Assembly: GCF_006345805.1 (NCBI RefSeq)
Contig: NC_043025.1
Coordinates: forward strand, 12,648,001 to 12,712,000
Direction: 5' to 3'
DNA length: 64,000 nt
Origin: Octopus sinensis
Taxonomy: Eukaryota
Shown: one piece after another, positions 35,881 to 48,700 of the stretch
How positions within the stretch are numbered: position 1 is the stretch's first letter
How the letters are laid out: every line of letters begins with the position of its first letter
Program-made: the position numbers and the translations under genes
Notes under the pieces: generated by a model
What the model saw: the letters and a program-made list of their open reading frames with translations, nothing else
Database searches by the model: none
Told to the model about the DNA's origin: nothing

Positions 35881-36714
35881 TTCACACTTTACCCTCCCAT
35901 CTCCTCTCGGACTTTCCTCTCCCATTTCCAAATCCGACATTCGGTCTTGGACAAGAGACGAGAAGAAGGGAAACCGATGTATAATGTGCGCACGTGTATC
36001 TTTTACTTGTTTCAATTACTGAATTGTGGCCATGCTGGGGCCATGAACATTTTTTTTAGTCAAATTTATCGACCCCAGGACTCGTATTTTCTTTTAAGAC
36101 TAGTAATTATTTTATCGGTCTGTTTCGCCGAACTGCTAAGTTACCTGGTCATAGACACACCAATACTGACTGTGAAGCGGTGGTGAGACACACACACACA
36201 CACAATATACGACGGGCTTCTTTCAGTTTCCAACTACCAAATCCACTCAAGGCTTTGGTCAGCCCTAGGCTATATCGTAGAAGGCACTGCTAAGTTAACT
36301 GGTCATAAACACGCCAATATTGGCTGTGAAGCGGTGGTGAGACACACACGCAAAATACGACGGGCTTCTTTCAGTTTCCATCTACCAAATCCACTCGAGG
36401 CTTTGGTCAGCCCGAGGCTATATAGCAGAAGACACTTTTATCGGTCTCTTTTACCGAACTGCCAAGTTACCTGGTCATAAACACGCCAATATTGGTTGTC
36501 AAGCGGTCATGAGACACACACACAAAATACGACGGGCTTCTTTCAGTTTCCACTTTAAAAAATTCAAGAAAAAAAATGAAAAATAAGGATAACTTAGCAG
36601 GCGTGGCTGTGTGGTAAGAAGGCTGCTTCCCAACTGCATGTATCCGGGTTCAATTCCACTTCGTGAAAGTGTTTTCTGTTATAGCCCCGGATCGATCAAA
36701 GCCTTGTGAGCAGA

Positions 36715-37265
36715 TTAAATAAGTACCAGTTACGCACTGGGGTCGATATAATCGACTTAATCCCTTTGTCTGTCCTTGTTTGTCCCCTCTGCGTTTAGCC
36801 CCTTGTGGGTAGCAAAGAAATAGGTATTTCGTCTGTCTTTACGTTCCGAGTTCAAATTCCGCCGAGGTCGACTTTGCCTTTCATCCCTTCGGGGTCGATA
36901 AATTAAGTACCAGTTACGCACTGGGGTCGATATAATCGACTTAATCCCTTTGTCTGTCCTCTGTGTGTTTGGATCCTTGTGGGTAGTAAAGAAATAGGTA
37001 TTTCGTCTGCCTTTATGTTCTGAGTTCAAATTCCGCCGAGGTCGACTTCGCCTTTCATCCCTTCGGGGTCGATATAATCGACTTAATCCCTTTATCTGTC
37101 CTTGTTTGTCCCCTCTATGTTTATCCCCTTCTGGGCAATAAAGAAATAAGAAACGTTAGCACACCAAACGAAATCCTTAGCGGTACTTCGTCTGCCGCTA
37201 CGTTCCGAGTTCAAGTTCCGCCGAGGTCGACTTCGCCTTTCCTCCCTTCGGGGTCGATAAATGCA
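36715..37265 (+). mobile_element. Tandem partial copies of SINE family B
   Basis: About three head-to-tail partial repeats. Confidence 0.75.
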
Positions 37266-37869
37266 AAAATAATTTATAGACAGCCTGTATATAAAAAGGG
37301 GCAAACTCCAAACAGACAGACAGAAAGATAGATAGAAGAGAGAATTTTAAAACTAAATTGTAAACGTATGACTGATAGAATAAGTACTGGGCTTACAAAG
37401 AATAAGTCCCGGGGTCGATTTACTCGACTAAAGGCGGTGCTCCAGCATGGCCGCAGTCAAATGACTGAAACAAGTAAAAGAGTATCACTGACACCGGTTT
37501 AATTTAAGGTGGCCGGACATTTGAGTAAACGAGGTATAAATTACACGCGACACCGTTAGCAATTTTTGCTGTTCACACAAAGGGATTGTCCTCCCTCCGC
37601 GCTCGCACGCGCGCAGATTTTTCTGCTCTGATAATGAGGCGAAAGTGTCACTCGGCCCGGCTTTGAGTGTTCACTCAAGTGGACAGAAGCCCCTAAGCCG
37701 CTGTCACACTCAAACCACGACACAGTAGTGAGAAGACAATGGGAACGGATGGAGAAGAAGGGAGCAAGGAGAGAGAGAGAGACAGAGAGGTGGGGGGTTC
37801 GCATCGGGGATGCTGCTTTATCCGTCTTCCGTATCTTTTACTTAAATATTGTTATTTCGCCCACAGAAT

Positions 37870-38145
37870 CCATCTTTCGTCTATGACCAACGACGTTCCA
37901 GCCACGAACATCACTCCTTCTTTTCGTCTATGACCAACGACGTTCCAGCCACGAACATCACTCCTTCTTTTCGTCTATGACCAACGACGTTCCAGCCACG
38001 AACATCACTCCATCTTTCGTCTATGATCAACGACGTTCCAGCCACGAACATCACTCCATCTTTCGTCTATGACCAACGACGTTCCAGCCACGAACATCAC
38101 TCCATCCTTCGTCTATGACCAACGACGTTCCAGCCACGAACACCT
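37870..38145 (+). repeat. 46-47-bp tandem repeat, 6 copies
   Basis: Unit TTTCGTCTATGACCAACGACGTTCCAGCCACGAACATCACTCC; CTATG at 37881, 37928, 37975, 38021, 38067, 38113. Confidence 0.95.
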
Positions 38146-38149
38146 CCTC

Positions 38150-39200
38150 CTAATTCAGGCACAGTGTATCTAGGGCTACATTATCTAATGTACCTTCCTT
38201 CGCTGTTATTATTTAACCCCTGGTCAATCCCAAAGCCATTCTCCTATTTGCTGCGGCCACGCTGGAGCATCACCGATGTTCTTTGTATTCCCAGCCTTGT
38301 TTTTTCTTTTCAGGCATAGTGTATCTAGGACTACATTATCCAATGTGTCCTTCCTTGTTTTTGTTGTTTAACCCCAGGTCCAGTCCTGATCCAGACACAC
38401 CTATGATCAAAGACGTTCCAGCTGTGGCCATCCTGTTTTTGATTCAGGCATAGTGTATCTAGGACTACATTATCTAATGTGTCCTTCCTTGTTGTTTAGC
38501 CCCAGGTCAGTCCTGATCCAGTCAGACCTATGATCAAAGATGTTCCAGCTGTGACCATCCTGTCTTTTATTCAGGCATTGTGTATCTAGGACTACATTAT
38601 CTAATGTCTCCTTCCTTGTTCTTTAGCCCCAGGTCAGTCCTGATCCAGACAGACCTATGATCACTGATGTTCCAGCTGTGACCATCCCGTCTTTTATTCA
38701 GACATAGTGTATCTAGGACTACATTATCCAATGTGTCCTATTGTTTTTGTTTAGCCCCAGGTCGGTCCTGATCCAGCAGACCTGTGATCAAAGATGCCCC
38801 CAGTTCGTTTTTTATTCATTCAGGCATAGTGTATCAAGGACTACATTATCTAATGTCTCTTTCCTTGTTGTTGTTTAGCCCCAGGTTAGTCCTGATCCAG
38901 CAGACCTATGATCAAAGATGTTCCAGCTGTGACCATCCTGTCTTTTATTCAGGCATAGTGTATCTAGGACTACATTATCTAATGTGTCCTTTATTACTGT
39001 TTAGCCCCGGTTAGTCCTGATCCAGCAGACCTATAATCAAAGATGCACTAATTCCTGTTTTTTATTCAGGCATAGTGTATCTTGGACTACATTATCTGAC
39101 GTGCCCTTCCTTGTTCTTTAGCCCCAGATCAAAGCCGTTCCAGTTGCGACCATCCTATCTTATGCCCAGGCATACTCTCTTTTACTTGTTTCAGTCATCT
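38150..39200 (+). repeat. Minisatellite, about 120-bp unit, about 8 copies
   Basis: Repeated TTCAGGCATAGTGTATCTAGGACTACATTATCTAATG...GTCCTGATCCAG. Confidence 0.9.
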
Positions 39201-39324
39201 GACTGCGGCCATGCCTTTAGTCGAGCAAATCAACCCCAGGACTAATCTTTTGTAACAACAAGGGAGGCACATTAGATAATGTAGTCCTAGATACACTATG
39301 TCTCAGATTTCGGAAAATTATTGC

Positions 39325-39905
39325 CAGTGGCTGTGTGGTAAGTAGCTTGTTTACCAACCACATGGTTCCGGGTTCAGTCCCACTGTGTGGCACCTTGGGC
39401 AAGTGTCTTCTACTATAGCCCCGGGCTGACCAAAGCCTTGTGAGTGGATTTGGTAGACGGAAACTGAAAGAAGCCCGTCGCATATATGTATGTATGTATG
39501 TATATATATAGGCGCAGGAGTGGCTGTGTGGTAAGTAGCTTGCTTACCAACCACATGGTTCCAGGTTCAGTCCCACTGCGTGGCACCTTGGGCAAGTGTC
39601 TTCTACTATAGCCTCGAGCCGACCAAAGCTTTGTGAGTGGATTTGGTAGACGGAAACTGAAAGAAGCCCGTCGTATATATGTATATATATATATGCGTGT
39701 GTGTGTGTTTGTGTTTGTCCCCCTAGCATTGCTTGACAACCGATGCTGGTGTGTTTATGTCCCCGTTACTAAGCGGTTCGGCAAAAGACACCGATAGAAT
39801 AAGTACTGGGCTTACAAAAGAATAAGTCCCGGGGTTGAGTTACTCGACTAAAAGGTGGTGCTCCAGCATGGTCGCAGTCAAATGACTGAAACAAGTAAAA
39901 GAGTA
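39325..39905 (+). mobile_element. Two tandem SINE family A copies (one partial, one full)
   Basis: Consensus match. Confidence 0.8.
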
Positions 39906-40054
39906 TTCCCTTTGAACACATAAAAGACAAATTTGACTGGGGCTACGAGAAAGATAAGATAAGGTAAATTTGTCCCTTCAAATTCTTCAGAATTACACTT
40001 GGAAACAGACCCATACTCATCAATATCCATCCACAGATATCAGAGATGCAACAT

Positions 40055-40410
40055 CATCATCGTTTAGTGTCCGTTTCCCATGCTGGCATGGGTTGGACGG
40101 TTCAACTGGGGACTGGGAAGCCAGAAGGCTGCACCAGGCTCCAGTCTTATCTGGCAGTGTTTCTATGGCTGGATGCCCTTCCTAACGCCAACCACTCCAT
40201 GAGTGTAGTGGCTGCTTTTTACGTGCCAGACGAGGCTGGCAAACGACCACGATCAGATGGTGCGTTTTATGTGCCACCGGCACAGGGGCCAGGCTGGGCT
40301 GGCAACAGCCACAATCGGATGGTACTTTTTATGTGCCACTGGCATGAGGCCAGTCGGGGTGGCACTGGCAACGGCCACATTCGGATGGTTCTCTTATGTG
40401 TCACCGGCAC
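40055..40410 (+). mobile_element. SINE-like repeat family C
   Basis: Consensus match. Confidence 0.7.
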
Positions 40411-40544
40411 AAAAGTTTTAAAATGTTTAGGTCAAATGAAAGAGGCTCAGGGATAATGGTACATAATATGAAATTTACAACATTTGACAAGATTTTTTAA
40501 AAAATCAGCATAAAATATTCTCTATAACAATTGTAGCATTGAAG

Positions 40545-41137
40545 ATGCAGCATAGAATTTTGTCAGTGAACAGGTCGCGGTCTCAAAGCAATGAAAATAT
40601 TTTGGCAAATTAAACTTAAATGCTGAAGTGAATCGAACGGATTTTGTGTTTCTTAAATGGCTTATAAACACCTTCCACACTGCAAATGTTTTCATTCCAG
40701 CACACGATCTCAGGTCAGGTCACTTGCTATGCAAGTACATCTCAATATATATATATATATTACGGAGATGTACTTGCATAGCAAGTGACCTGATCTGAGA
40801 TCATGTAATATATATATTTTACGGAGATGTACTTGCATAGCAAGTGACCTGATCTGAGATCATGTAATATATATTTTTTACGGAGATGTACTTGCATAGC
40901 AAGTGACCTGATCTGAGATCATGTGCTGGAACGAAAACAATTGCAGCACGGAATTTTGTCAGTGAGCAGGTTGCGGACTTAAAGCGATGAAAATATTTTG
41001 GCAAATTAAATTTAAATGTTGAAGTGAATCGAATGGTTTTTGTGTGTTTCTTAAATGGCTTACAAACACCTTCCATGCTGCAACTGTTTTCGTTCCAGCA
41101 CACGATCTCAGATCAAGTCACTTGCTATGCAAGTACA
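40545..41137. mobile_element. TA-flanked MITE (Tc1/mariner-like): one truncated copy, two isolated TIR tips, one full copy
   Basis: About 65-bp TIR TACGGAGATGTACTTGCATAGCAAGTGACCTGATCTGAGATC...; full copy about 40872-41137. Confidence 0.8.
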
Positions 41138-41388
41138 TCTCCGTAATATTCTCTAAAACCTCTCCACGATCTGCTGAAGTGGCTCTCTTCCAAATATATT
41201 TATGCACCATTCAGTTAAAGAGAGGTAATTCTTAAAATTAGACATTACTCATGTTATGCCATCTTAAACATCATTTTTTGAAAATTGACTTGGAATATTG
41301 ATTATTAAACACCAAAGAATATCGATTGTTCAACAGCAAAACTTATCCAGATATTTTATGAGCAACTTCAATTATCATCAAACGAAAG

Positions 41389-41791
41389 GGATCTTTTCGG
41401 TTTGACCGGCAATTTGTACAAATAATTTCTAGGTAACTAAACACTTTCAAACTTCGTATACTGGTAGAATGTGTTTATAAAACATCTTTTTCTCTTGGCT
41501 TTATTGAGAAAATTCTATAGTTTGTAAGATATTTGTTGTTTTTTCTTCTTCAATTTCAACCAATCAATGACCGTCTATTGAGGTGAAAACATTCTGTGCC
41601 GTATGAATATGTCCCTCGTTTAAGAAACAGATTGGGTTTATTTACATTTGTGAAGAGAAAAAGATACCCTTCCCCTCACCCCTAACCCTAAAACAGATTG
41701 AAATGCAATAAATCGATACTAGGTCATAATTATGGGTGACAATTTCATATGACACCGCTAGAAAAAACTGCCGTTCAAACCAAAAAGATCT
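41389..41791. mobile_element. MITE family 3
   Basis: TIRs GATCTTTTCGGTTTGACCGGC / GCCGTTCAAACCAAAAAGATC. Confidence 0.75.
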
Positions 41792-41829
41792 GATGAAAGT
41801 TGAGGAAAAAATTATTGAAAAAAGGTAAA

Positions 41830-42370
41830 ATAACTAACCTGACTCTTTTGGATCTTCTCAATAACAACAATGGTGACCAAATTTTACTCCTAAATTTTTA
41901 CTCCAATCCAGGCGTTGGATTCCTTGTCCCGCAATGTGATGTCGAGCATGAATCGTTCCGTTTTCCGTTGGGCCACAATAAGGGCATTCATGATGACCAT
42001 GTTTGGGATGAGGTGTCTGAGGGCTCTGGTTGGTGTGGCACAGATGGAGAGGATGAGGAATGAGGAGGTGCGAAGGTGAGCAGGAATGAGAGGAAAACTA
42101 ACAACCAAAATGGATAGACGAATGTTGAGGTGGTTTGGCCACATGGAGAGGATGGATGAGGAGTGGATGGTAAGGAGGGAGGGTGATGAAGGCAGAAGTG
42201 GTGGGCAGCAGAACCAGAAGCAGACCTCGGTTTGTGTGGATGGGTGGATAGATGGATGGAGTGAGGAAAGCTTTGGTGGTTGGAGTGAGAGAGGAAAGAG
42301 AGTTTGTGAATGATAGGAAAGCTTGGAGAGTGTTTGTGGGTGGATGAGGGAATTTTGAAGCTGCTCAAAG
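41830..42370. mobile_element. Two RTE-type LINE fragments in opposite orientation
   Basis: Minus: QRKTERFMLDITLRDKESNAWI; plus: DRRMLRWFGHMERMDEE (RTE C-terminal motifs). Confidence 0.65.
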
Positions 42371-42734
42371 GGGTACGGGACCAGCTTATACTGTCAGGCC
42401 CCACAGGTGATATTCGGGGTTGTGCTCCCTGTCTGGTCTCGAGCATAGGATGGGGCTCACGTCTTTGAGCTGGGAAATGAACGGACTGCCTGGTGTGTCT
42501 TGTTGTGGCCACCCCCTCCTATGAGGAATAGGCTTTGGTAAATTAAGTCTTGGAGTCTTCATACACAGATGAGTGAATTTCATGTTGTTCAAAGGGGTAC
42601 AGAACCAGCATGATGCAGCGGGGGGTAAATTAGCATACGCTGTCGGGCCCCGCTGCTGATAGTGGGGGTTATGTGCTATGCGTTGACCCGAGCATAGAAC
42701 AAGGCTCGCCTCTTTGAGCTGGAAAATGAATGGA

Positions 42735-43490
42735 ATACCTATTTCTTTATTACCCACAAGGGGCTAAACACAGAGGAGACAAACAAGGACAGACATAGGT
42801 ATTAAGTCGATTATATCGACCCCCAGTGCGTAACTGGTACTTAACCCATTCGTATTTAAACCGGCCAAAATATTTAATCTGTTTTATGTTCAAACTGACC
42901 AGATCCAGGCCCTCACACCTACCCTACAATGTTATTCTACATTAAGTAATTACACCATCAAGATCTTGAAGATATGAGATAATGCATGATTAATTCAAAT
43001 CAATGGGAATCAATAGGCATTATGTTTGATTGAATAATCTGAACACTAAAGGGTTAATTTATCGACCCCGAAAGGATGAAAGACCTATTTCTTTATTACC
43101 TACAAGGGGCTAAACACAGAGGAGACAAACAAGGACAGACAAAGGGATTAAGTCGATCATATCGACCCCAGTGCGTAATTGGTACTTAATTTATCGACCC
43201 CGAAAGGATGAAAGGCAAAGTCGACCTCGGCGGAATTTGAACTCAGAATGTAACGGCAGACAAAATACCTATTTCTTTATTACCCACAAGGGGCTAAACA
43301 CAGAGGAGACATAGGTACTAAGTCGATTACCTCGACCCCAGTGCATAACTGGTACTTAATTTATCGACCCCGAAAGGATGAAAAGTAAGGTCAACCTCGG
43401 CGGAATTTGAACTCACAACGTAACGCAGACGAAATACCGCTAAGCATTTTGCCCGGTGTGCTAACGTTTCTGCCAGCTCGCCGCCTTAAA
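42735..43490 (-). mobile_element. SINE family B cluster with a nested family-2 MITE at 42841-43057
   Basis: The MITE interrupts ACTGGTAC-TTAA-TTTATCGACC with a TTAA duplication. Confidence 0.8.
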
Positions 43491-43917
43491 TAAATGGAAT
43501 ACCTGGTATGTGTCTTGTGGTTACCTGCTCCTAAAAAAACGGGGAACAGACTTGGGTATATAAAAAAAAAGTCTTTTGTACAAAGTATTTGTTGTTGGTA
43601 CATTTTTATTCAAGAAAAAAAAATTACATATATTTTGAAATTTTTAAACAAGAGTTATGAAAAATGTTTCAATCCATATCTGAAAATTAATAATACCAAG
43701 GAATGAAAACAGGTGTATGTCTGTGAGGTGTGCAGGAGAGAAGACAGAACATAGCAGATGTAGTGACAATGATGCCTTCTCTCAAAGGTAATTTAACAAT
43801 AAAAATTTGTTCAAATCATTTACAGAAAATAAAAAGAAGACATATACATGCTGACGAGAGCATATGTACATATTTACAGCAATGTGCAATTGTGTGTGTG
43901 TGTATATATATATATAT

Positions 43918-44090
43918 AGGTGCAGGAGTGGCTGTGTGGTAAGTAGCTTGCTTACCAGCCACATGGTTCCGGGTTCAGTCCCACTGCATGGCACCTTGGG
44001 CAAGTGTCTTCTACTATAGCCTCGGGCCGACCAAAGCCTTGTGAGTGGATTTGGTAGACGGAGACTGAAAGAATCCCGTTGTATATATGC

Positions 44091-44131
<41 letters not shown>

Positions 44132-44330
44132 TATATATGTAAGTGTGTCTGTCCCCCCAACAGATGCTGGTGTATTTACGTCCCAGTAACTTAGCGGTTT
44201 GGCAAATGAAAAAATGAGCGTAAGTACTAGGCTTACAAAGAATATGTCCTGGGGTCGATGTGCTCGACTAAAGGCGGTGCTCCAGCATAGCCACAGTCAA
44301 ATGACTGAAACAAGTAAAAGAGTAAGAGTA
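43918..44330 (+). mobile_element. tRNA-derived SINE, family A
   Basis: Consensus match. Confidence 0.8.
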
Positions 44331-44621
44331 TTCATGTAAAAAAAAAACAGTTTTTTTTCAGGATATAAGTGATTTGTTCATAAAAAAAAAAATAAATAAT
44401 GTGTCCGAAACAGCTGTAGTGAATCTCAACCCATCTGTGTACTTACATAGCTACATACATACAGCCTTGGCCAACCTAATGTTTTGGGGTTCTGCTATCT
44501 CAATGTTAATGAAACTCGTGCACATGGTAGATTATGGTATATTTCACAATATACAGTAGTTTTAATATCTGGATGACCATCCCTTACCATCAATTACCAT
44601 TTTTATACTGTACTGTATATA

Positions 44622-45010
44622 TAGGCACAGGAGTGGCTGTGTGGTAAGTAGCTTGCTAACCAACCACATGGTTCCAGGTTCAGTCCCACTGCGTGGCATC
44701 ATGGGCAAGTGTCTTCTGCTATAGCCCCGGGCCGACCAATGCCTTGTGAGTCGATTTGGTAGACGGAAACTGAAAGAATCCTGTCGTATATATATATATG
44801 TATGTGTGTGTGTGTGTCTGTGTTTGTCCCCCTAGCATTGCTTGACAACCGATGCTGGTGTGTTTTTACGTCCCCGTCCCTCTAGCGGTTCGGCAAAAGA
44901 GACCGATAGAATAAGTACTGGGCTCACAAAGAACAAGTCCTGGGGTCGATTTGCTCGACTAAAGGCGGTGCTCCAGCATGGCCGCAGTCAAATGACTGAA
45001 ACCAGTAAAA
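44622..45010 (+). mobile_element. tRNA-derived SINE, family A
   Basis: Consensus match. Confidence 0.8.
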
Positions 45011-45269
45011 GAGAAAGAAAAATGCAACCAATTATGAATAAGACCAACGCCCAAAATTAACGTTATGTTTCCTTGATTATTTCAGAGTTTTATATTAAAA
45101 TATGTTGTAGATACAGTTAATAAACAGTAAAATGGCTAAAACAGGTGAGTTGAGTGTGTGTGAAGGAGGTCAAATCATAAGCTCATCATGAAGATGGAAT
45201 TTCTCAAAGGCAAATTGCTCAGAAGACGAAATATTCTCCAACCAAATATCAATGGAAACAGTAGTTGTG

Positions 45270-45870
45270 ATACCTGTGCCGGTGACACATAAAAAGCACC
45301 ATCCGAACGTGGTCGATGCCAGCGCCGCCTCGACTGGCTTCTGTGCCGGTGGCACATAAAAAGCACCATCCGAACGTGGCGGATGCCAGCACCGCCTCGA
45401 CTGGCTTCTGTGCCGGTGGCACATAAAAAGCACCATCCGAACGTGGTCGATGCCAGCGCTGCCTCGACTGGCTTCTGTGCCGGTGGCACATAAAAAGCAC
45501 CAGCCGAACGTGGTCGATGCCAGCACCGCCTCGACTGGCTTCTGTGCCGGTGGCACATAAAAAGCACCATCCGAACGTGGCGATGCCAGCGCCGCCTCGA
45601 CTGGCTTCTGTGCCGGTGGCACATAAAAAGCACCATCCGAACGTGGCGGAGGCAAGACCCCTCTGGCACCTGTGCAGGTGGCACGTAAAAAGCACCCACT
45701 ACACTTGCGGAGTGATTGGCGTTAGGAAGGGCATCCAGCTGTAGAAACTCTGCCAGATCAGACTGGAGCCTGGAGCAGCCCCTGGCTCCCCAGACCCCGG
45801 TCGAACCGTCCAACCCATGCTAGCATGGAAAGCGGACGTTAAATGATGATGATGATGATGATGATGTGTG
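45270..45870 (-). repeat. SINE family C with an internal 67-bp minisatellite (about 6 copies, 45275-45650)
   Basis: Unit CTGTGCCGGTGGCACATAAAAAGCACCATCCGAACGTGGTCGATGCCAGCGCCGCCTCGACTGGCTT starting at 45341, 45408, 45475, 45542, 45608. Confidence 0.9.
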
Positions 45871-46140
45871 GTGCAAACGACTTTCAAGCACTTCAGGGGA
45901 CAAAAGATGTGAAGACGATACAAAAAATATGTAGAAAAAAAAGGTTACATCACTTCGTGAAGACGGATCTATCATCCATCAGTTGCTCAGAAACAGGAGA
46001 AAGACATCGTTGGAGCTCTGTGCGGACTTCAATGAGACAAGTACTTCATAAATATCAACCATAACTGTTAGAAGAGGGCTTCTGTCTCATCTTGCTATTA
46101 TTCAGTAATACGTCTGACCCTCTTCTTTTGTGGGAGACAT

Positions 46141-46358
46141 TTAACCCTTTAGCATTTAAACCGGCCAAAAATATTCTACCCGTTTTATGTTCAAACTGGC
46201 CAGATCTGGTCTCTCACACCAACCCTACAATATCATCTTAAAAATTAACAGCTACCTCATCAAAATCTCATAGCTACAAGATGATGCATGATTAGTTCAA
46301 AACAGTGTGGATGAAGAAGCATTAATTTTGGCAGAATAATGCGAACATTAAAGGGTTA
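46141..46358. mobile_element. piggyBac-like MITE, family 2
   Basis: TTAACCCTTTAG...TAAAGGGTTAA termini. Confidence 0.8.
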
Positions 46359-46399
46359 AAGATAGTTGGTCCGAAGATTTCAAGCCTAGGATCCAATGC

Positions 46400-46965
46400 C
46401 TGCATTTGACTCCAATGACGTCATCAACAACAAAGCCCTCCTCGATTTGCAATCGCGACTGCAAGCTATGGGAGGTATTGGCGTCCTTAGATTACAGTTT
46501 GCCGGCCCCGTGGGACATTCCAAATGCTTTGACTGCTGAGTACATGCGAGAGTTGAGAGCTACAACATGCAAGAAATGGCAGCACAGGTTGCTCAGGAGG
46601 AGCCTAGACTTTTGGAAGTACAGAGAATTGCATACAACAAGATCCTCAACAGTGGTAATTCTAACGAAGGACGACTTCGTTTTTCTTGGATGTTCCTGGA
46701 GGAACCGGAAAAGCTTTTCTCATGAACCTCCTGCTCGACAAAAATTCGCCAGGAAAATTGGATTGCCATAGCGGTTGCATCCAGCAGCATTGCAGCAACT
46801 CTACTGCATGGCGGTCGTACGGCACACTCAGCCTTCAAGTGACCACCAGACTTGACCAAAAAGGGAAATCCAACTTGCAATGTTAGTCGTGGCTCAGCCA
46901 TGGGGAATCTTCTCAATGAGGGCAACCTTAACATTTGGGATGAGGCAGCCATGAGTCATATTTCC
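46400..46965 (+). mobile_element. Helitron PIF1-like helicase relic
   Basis: Across frameshifts: LDVPGGTGKAFLMNLLL...IAIAVASSSIAATLLHGGRTAHSAFK...CNVSRGS...NIWDEAAMSH (Walker A, motif Ia, Walker B). Confidence 0.85.
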
Positions 46966-47540
46966 ACATGGCGCACACACGAGAATCTCTGACAAAATTT
47001 GGATGAGTGACATTGAAGGAGTTAAAGATTTAATCAGAATGGATCCAACAATAGTAAGTTGTTCTGTTTATTGCCTTCTCAAATTTGACTATTTATTATT
47101 TTATACACAATATGAAATGTTGCTAAGTAACCAGATATATTTGTCCATAATATTTCATTTCTTTCTTTGCCTCTTTCCTCTAATCCTCATCATCGACATT
47201 TTTATAAATATTTAACCAAAAATTGAGATCCCACATGGCGCATCCGAGAATCACTGAGAAAATTTGGATGAATGACATTAAAGGAGTGGAAAATTTAATA
47301 AAAGACAATCCAGATCCCACATAGCACATGCGAAAATTAGAGTAACTTTGGATGGATGACATCAAAGGGGTTAAAAATATAATAAGAATGGATTCAACAA
47401 GGACAGTGAAGTTGGCAGAAGTAGTTCTGCTCCCGACTTACTTAGGAAAGAGAACTTCGAAAATCACAGTCACGGATATTCCACCAGAAATAAAAAAAAG
47501 TCAAAGAGTAGGTAGAACCCTTGCATTTCTTTTGTTTTAA

Positions 47541-47780
47541 ATGACTGCACTTAACCTTGGGTGTTTGAATGTAAGTGGTCTGAGCTCGAAGTGGAAGCAA
47601 GCTTCTTTCCTGGACAACCTCAGATAACACAATCTACATGCGATGGTTGCTACAGAGACCAAGCTGGACAGTCTACAAGCCTTCTCGCCCCTCCTGAATG
47701 ACTATGAGAAAATCATGTCTCCTAGCCGGTCCGAAGGCAAGGGGGTGTAATTGGTACTGATTCGTAAAGGCTTGGCTCTG
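47541..47780 (+). mobile_element. L1/Tx1-type ORF2 APE endonuclease N-terminal fragment, repeated in the array
   Basis: MTALNLGCLNVSGLSSKWKQASFLDNLR*HNLHVMVATETKL...GGV; copies at about 49010 and 51800, and partial copies at about 53815, 55500 and 58790. Confidence 0.75.
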
Positions 47781-47963
47781 CAGACATCGAAGTAGTTCAG
47801 ACGCTCATAAAAGACAAATTTGGATGAATGACATCAAAGGAGTGGAAAAATTAATAAAAAAGGATCCCACAAAAGTTGTTCTGTTTATTGCCTTCTCAAA
47901 TTTAACTGTTTTTAGGGAGTATAATTGAAAACTTTACCATGTAAGAATCAATTTTGACCGAGT

Positions 47964-48341
47964 ATGTTGGTCGAAATAATTCAAGAAGCAAACCAGCTGG
48001 ACGAGCCAGCAAAAAAGTTTGCGGCAGTAGCCGCTGTGTCTTCAAGAGGTATTATGATTGAAACAGAGAAGCTCTTTGAGCTTTTCCAGAGAATGAAAGA
48101 GGAGGGTGGGGATATAAAGATCTCACCCTCCCCTAGTGTTGAAAATATGAAGAGGACAGTCGTTTACAAAACGTACCATCTTTCATCAAAAAAATTTAAG
48201 CACTTCGAAAAGTGTGAATGTGAAATAGAAAAATACCTGGTCCCTATATGGAAAGATATAAAATGCATAGTGAGGGGCCGGGCATATGGAACAATAAAGG
48301 CCAGATTCAAGACGGACGAAAAGCGCACGAGCACTCAGTGA
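47964..48341 (+). mobile_element. LINE ORF1-like (RRM-type) fragment; second copy at 59318-59730
   Basis: VPIWK..YI.R..YGTI..RF..D.EA..HS...LKTKEVVLLPTY parallels the zinc-knuckle ORF1 at 62028. Confidence 0.55.
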
Positions 48342-48529
48342 GTCATCTAAAAACAAAGGATGTGGTGTTGCTCCCAACATACATGGGAAGGAGAACAGCT
48401 CCTCGGGGGAAGAGGTGGCCTGCGGGAATTCCGTGAGTCCCCTAAAAACTAAGGAGGTGGTACTTCTGCTGACCTATATGGGACAGAGGACGTCCTGGGT
48501 CAAGATTGCAGAAGTGCCGCCAGAAGAGT

Positions 48530-48700
48530 ACCATTTGATTTGAGTGACATCAAACGGAAAGAAATGGATGAGTTCATAAGAAAAGCAAGAGCAAAAAGTT
48601 CACCAGGGAACAATGGAGTGAGCTACAAGGTATATAAATATTGCCTGAAAATAGGTTTGCAGCTGTTTGCACTGCTACGAGAACTGTTGAGGAAAAAAGC
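48530..48700 (+). mobile_element. RLE-type (HERO/R2-like) non-LTR RT N-terminal fragment; second copy at about 61820-61980
   Basis: KEMDEFIRKARAKSSPGNNGVSYKVYKYC resembles the ARA.SAPGP.GVPY.VYK.CP block. Confidence 0.6.

Noticed and set aside
37870-38145. Short regular repeats as a possible CRISPR array (also 45275, 60930, 63400)
   Set aside because: Units are contiguous with no unique spacers, there are no cas genes, and the context is eukaryotic.
45170-45813. Overlapping repetitive ORFs of 148-212 aa
   Set aside because: Products of the 67-bp minisatellite in shifting frames.
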